A stretch of DNA of 62,921 bases, filler included, from Pelomyxa schiedti (taxonomy: Eukaryota > Protista > Evosea), in the NCBI GenBank assembly GCA_020536535.1. It is 4 parts of 4 records of this genome, joined end to end, with 100 filler letters (N's around TTAATTAATTAA, not from the genome) between each part and the next. Parts side by side here need not be neighbours in the genome. Positions count along the whole stretch, not along the records: positions 59,610 to 62,921 come from JAHLWZ010001771.1; 3 more parts are not named here. One strand, written 5' to 3'. The notes beneath the pieces are model-generated. The model did no database searches and was not told the origin of the DNA. It was given only the letters and a program-made list of their open reading frames with translations. Both the position numbers and the translations under genes were made by a program. Shown piece after piece: positions 59,615 through 62,921 of this stretch. Within the stretch, counting starts at the first letter, position 1; every line of letters begins with the position of its first letter.

Positions 59615-59825
59615 CCGTTCCGCACTGGCTTGTCAGGTTAGTCGGAAAGAGAGGAGTAAGTTGAGGGCACACCCAAGAGGAGAGCCGCCAAAAAGGAAAG
59701 TAGCCCTGATGTGCAAGGATGTCAAGATTTCACACGGGAGCTTGGTGGAACTGCCGATCCAATTCAACCAAGCTGTTCAGTAGTTAACGGGAAAAAGGGG
59801 GAAAAGGTAAAAAGGGGGAAAAGGG
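59615..59825. repeat. Diverged inverted copy of the repeat at about 56370-56608
   Basis: Shared blocks CCGTTCCGCACTG, GGAAAGAGAGGAGT, CCGCCAAAAAGGAAAGTAGCCCT, CCCTGATGTGCAAGG, GATCCAATTCAACCAAGCTGTTCAGTAGTTA and the G5A-rich tail match the reverse complement of the 56.4-56.6 kb segment. Confidence 0.85.
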
Positions 59826-59958
59826 AAGCACACCACACTGCGATCAGCCATAAAGGGTGACCGCTGGTCCAATTTCAACCAAGCTACTGCGAGTAAAAAA
59901 GAAAGAAAAGAAAAAGGGAAGAGGAAATACAGAGTCTCGACAGTGTGGAACACGCAAA

Positions 59959-60090
59959 GGGGGGGGAAGCGAAGCGACACCGATGTGGGGGGGAGCGAAG
60001 CGACACCGATGTGGGGGGGAGCGAAGCGACACCGATGTGGGGGGGAGCGAAGCGACACCGATGTGGGGGGGAGCGAAGCGACACCGATGC
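59959..60090. repeat. 26-bp minisatellite, about 5 copies (G7-AGCGAAGCGACACCGATGT)
   Basis: GCGAAGCGACACCGATG starts at 59969, 59995, 60021, 60047 and 60073 (period 26). Confidence 0.95.
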
Positions 60091-60386
60091 ACGGCCGGCT
60101 ACGCACTACGGCGCTTGGTTTTGTTTTTTTGTTTTTTTGTTTTTTGCCAAGGCAACTGTGGATTGGAAGACGATCATTTCTCCTTGCGATTCTCCGAAGA
60201 AACAGCCAGACACGCCAAGTCAGTGAGGAGTCCTCAAGTTGAGAAAAACCCAAGGTGATCCCGATCTGTGGCTCTCCAAATTTCTCAAAGCGTAACCACT
60301 GTGGGGCTTTTCTCCCAAAGTGGACCCATTTTCTGGAGGGTGGGAACACTTTGACTTTAGGGTGTAACAAAGATAATGGAAAAGGT

Positions 60387-60654
60387 TTCACAGCCAGCTG
60401 CGACCCCAAAGAGATGCGCGGCAAGTCCTGTGTGTTGCGTGCCTGGGTTGCATCTGGTCAGGGTTGCCGCCACCCTGGGGTTGGTGTTTCCCCCCGGTTA
60501 GCCCCGGATGGCTTCTTAGAACTTTCTTTGACTTTTTCTCCACTTTCCTTTGTTGGCATGCGGGCAAAGCCACCTCCCACCATTCACAGCCAGCTGTGAC
60601 CCCAAAGAGATGCACGGCAAGTCCTGTGTGTTGCGTGCCTGGGTGGCATCTGGT
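60387..60654. repeat. 72-bp direct repeat (60387-60458 and 60583-60654)
   Basis: TTCACAGCCAGCTGYGACCCCAAAGAGATGCRCGGCAAGTCCTGTGTGTTGCGTGCCTGGGTKGCATCTGGT occurs twice, offset 196 bp, three mismatches. Confidence 0.9.
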
Positions 60655-61918
60655 GTGGTGCAAGTGTTTTGATGTATTCAAAAATTATTTCTTCTTATGG
60701 CACAAAAACATTGGCAAAGAAACTATGTGTTTTTGAAGCCAATAAAGGTCAATGTTCCAGATTATTCCCACTAAACGGCTGGTTTTTCTGGGTGCCAGTA
60801 CTTATGGGAACAGTTTCCCATTTTAGAACCTGTGTTGGAACTGGAGGCTGGAAAAAAAAGGAAACTTTTTTTTGGAGTAGCTGACATGCGAACCCCAGAA
60901 CCACACCCACACCCACATGAACACCCATTGTTGTTTGTTGGCTGTCACTTTCTGTTGCTGTTCAAAAAATGATTTGCTTTTTTGTTGGTTTGTGGATGTG
61001 TTTGAGTACAAGGGGGAATCCTGCTCTCCACTCTTGGGACACAAGTGAATACTGTTTCCTTTAGCGGACAATCCAAGGTAAGTTCCTTATCCAAGGTACA
61101 CAATAACAAGGCTGGTGTGGAGAGGAGTAAACTTTGGGAGAGGAACTTGTATTTATCTGGCCACTAAGTTAGGTTGTGTGACAACAATAAGCAAGTTGTT
61201 ACTGATGCAGCGTGGAAATGATGGGAATGGTACAAATATTTCCGAAATGACAAAGGCGGCAATACTAGATTTAAATTATCTAAAGCTGCGTATTATTAGA
61301 CCAACAGGGCATATGCATTTATTTATTGCTTTCTTGGCTTCTATTGAGCGTTTTATTAACCAGTTAACGCAGTGGAAACACATAGAAATTTTCAGGTTTT
61401 ACCTGATAGATATGTTTTTTTCCGAGTGGGAATTGCTGAGCTCAAAGGCATTCCGCGCACCTCTTGCTCCCTGCAAGACCAGCGCACTTCAGCCCAAAGT
61501 ACCGCGACGTGTGCACCACTTCTTCCCCTTCCGTTCCACGTCCGCCCCCGCCGATCGTCCTCGTCATCGTCACCGTTGTCGTGCCTCCGCCGCGCCGCAC
61601 CAGCACCCATAACTGCGGACGCCAGTCGGCGGGAACGACAGCGGCGACAGACCACCAGCGACACCCTGACGATGTGCCCTTTGCACTCCCGTCGTTGCTG
61701 TTGCGTCTCCTGCTGCCACACAAGACGACGACGCGTCACTCGATGTTGTTGCAACTAATCCACTGTTCCGCAACAACGGAAATCACCGGGCTGGTTCCAA
61801 CACATCCAGTGGGGCCAATGTGGCAAAACGCGTAGGGATGGGACAGAAAGCACCTTTCCAGTTCACAGAGATCTCCCAGTCTGATCGTTGTCAGTCGCTA
61901 GCACCAGCGAACCGGTTG

Positions 61919-62921
61919 CTACACTCTGTTTGTCACACGGCACGTCCCCTGGCACAGCAACCCCCACCGCGAGAGAAACAGGGAAAAACGAATAACGAGA
62001 GTTTGTTTGGTTCCTACTGGTTCTGTGTATGGATTGGGGGTTTGGGTTATATCCTGGACTTCTTCTTCTTTGTGGACTGGACGATGTGATATCTCATCAT
62101 GAGAGGAATGAGGGGGAGTATCTCCCTCTCTCCTCCCCCCTCCACTCTCTCCTCTATCTCCTATCTTCTTCCTCTTCTTGCCGGCTCCGGCGGCACTGGC
62201 GCTGGCGCTTGCGGCGGCGGCGGCGTCGGCGGCGGCGGAGTCCTGGGCCTCGATGGCGACGCCGAGGGGCAGCTGGTCCTTCATGCCGGGGCCGCTCAGC
62301 ACGATGTGTGGCTGGTGCGACGCCCGCTGCACGCGGCGCATGGCGTCCACAGAGGCCAGGGGTGTGTCCGTGGAGCTGCTGCGTTTCCGGGCAAGTTCTT
62401 CCTGAAATTGCCAATCAGTAATTTGTTGTGTCTTGTGAGTTGTGGTGATGCAATGTAATTTGATGCGGTGCGGAGTGCTGTGATGCGGCTGTGCCATTAG
62501 TAATTGTAATTTGTTGAGTGGAATGTAATTGTGGTGATGCGGTCGAGTGGATTGAATACCTGGTATTTGCGGAGTGCTTTGTCCAGCTTGTTCTTGCCGG
62601 GGCATTTGCCGTGGAACTTGTAGGAGAGGCGCCTGAAAGCTTCTTTGGGTGTAAGGACACGGCCTTGTGGGAAATTAGTTTGGAATGGATGAAGAAAAGT
62701 GGTGGAAAACACACCGAATTCATCTGTGTATTCTAGTCTGATATTGGGAGCAGGGTCATCTGTTTTGGTAAGTGTCAAAACGTGATCTTTAGCTCTGCCA
62801 GCATAGTTCACAAGATCGTGCTCATCTGCTACAACACCTCGTCGTTGAAGCATTCGTATAGTGGCACCAACTCCTGATGAAACAAGCGGCTCATCCTATA
62901 TAAAATGTCACAAGGACACAA
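61919..62921 (-). CDS. SART1: SART1/Snu66 (U4/U6.U5 tri-snRNP protein), 3' portion; gene runs off the window
   Basis: Spliced [77 protein letters not shown], the SART-1 C-terminal signature. Confidence 0.92.

Noticed and set aside
59959-60090. Regularly spaced repeats resembling a CRISPR array
   Set aside because: Units are head-to-tail with no unique spacers, the context is eukaryotic, and no cas genes are present.
60823-61835. Overlapping ORFs at 60.8-61.8 kb as a gene
   Set aside because: Several frames are open because of GC-rich low complexity. I could not build a consistent spliced model or find a motif.
1-62921. tRNA or rRNA genes
   Set aside because: The GTTCGA-type T-loop matches I noticed fall inside coding exons without cloverleaf context, and no rRNA-like tract was seen. 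A tRNAscan-SE/Infernal run would be definitive.

Overview
Eukaryotic, gene-dense DNA with many short (mostly about 40-70 nt) spliceosomal introns. The Entamoeba-type malic enzyme, bacterial-type 2[4Fe-4S] ferredoxin and Roco/SH2/MORN proteins point to an anaerobic amoebozoan (Archamoebae, e.g. Pelomyxa or Mastigamoeba); this is an inference. About 25 spliced protein genes can be assembled: glycogen synthase, Akr1-type DHHC palmitoyltransferase, two Rab GTPases (one Rab21), RPB4, WSC-GH3 glycosidase, malic enzyme, Vti1-like SNARE, two EF-hand proteins, TBC-TLDc, an SH2 protein, ferredoxin, a macrodomain/PARG-like protein, VIT-VWA, CCDC97, cytosine deaminase, cactin, WW-UBA-RING, VPS9, a degenerate Roco, MORN-RING and SART1/Snu66. 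The window has seven 100-base gaps. Three contain an artificial TTAATTAATTAA linker, so sequence on either side of those is not proven to be adjacent. Two blocks are duplicated next to gaps and look like haplotypes. The last 8 kb holds repeat and retroelement debris. I found no tRNA, rRNA or CRISPR array, and no clear new multi-gene system. The best leads are single proteins (PARG-like, doubly degenerate Roco, STAT-like SH2), a repeat family that appears to bracket the MORN gene, and a GC/CpG mosaic along genes. Gene boundaries come from manual splicing and are approximate unless stated.
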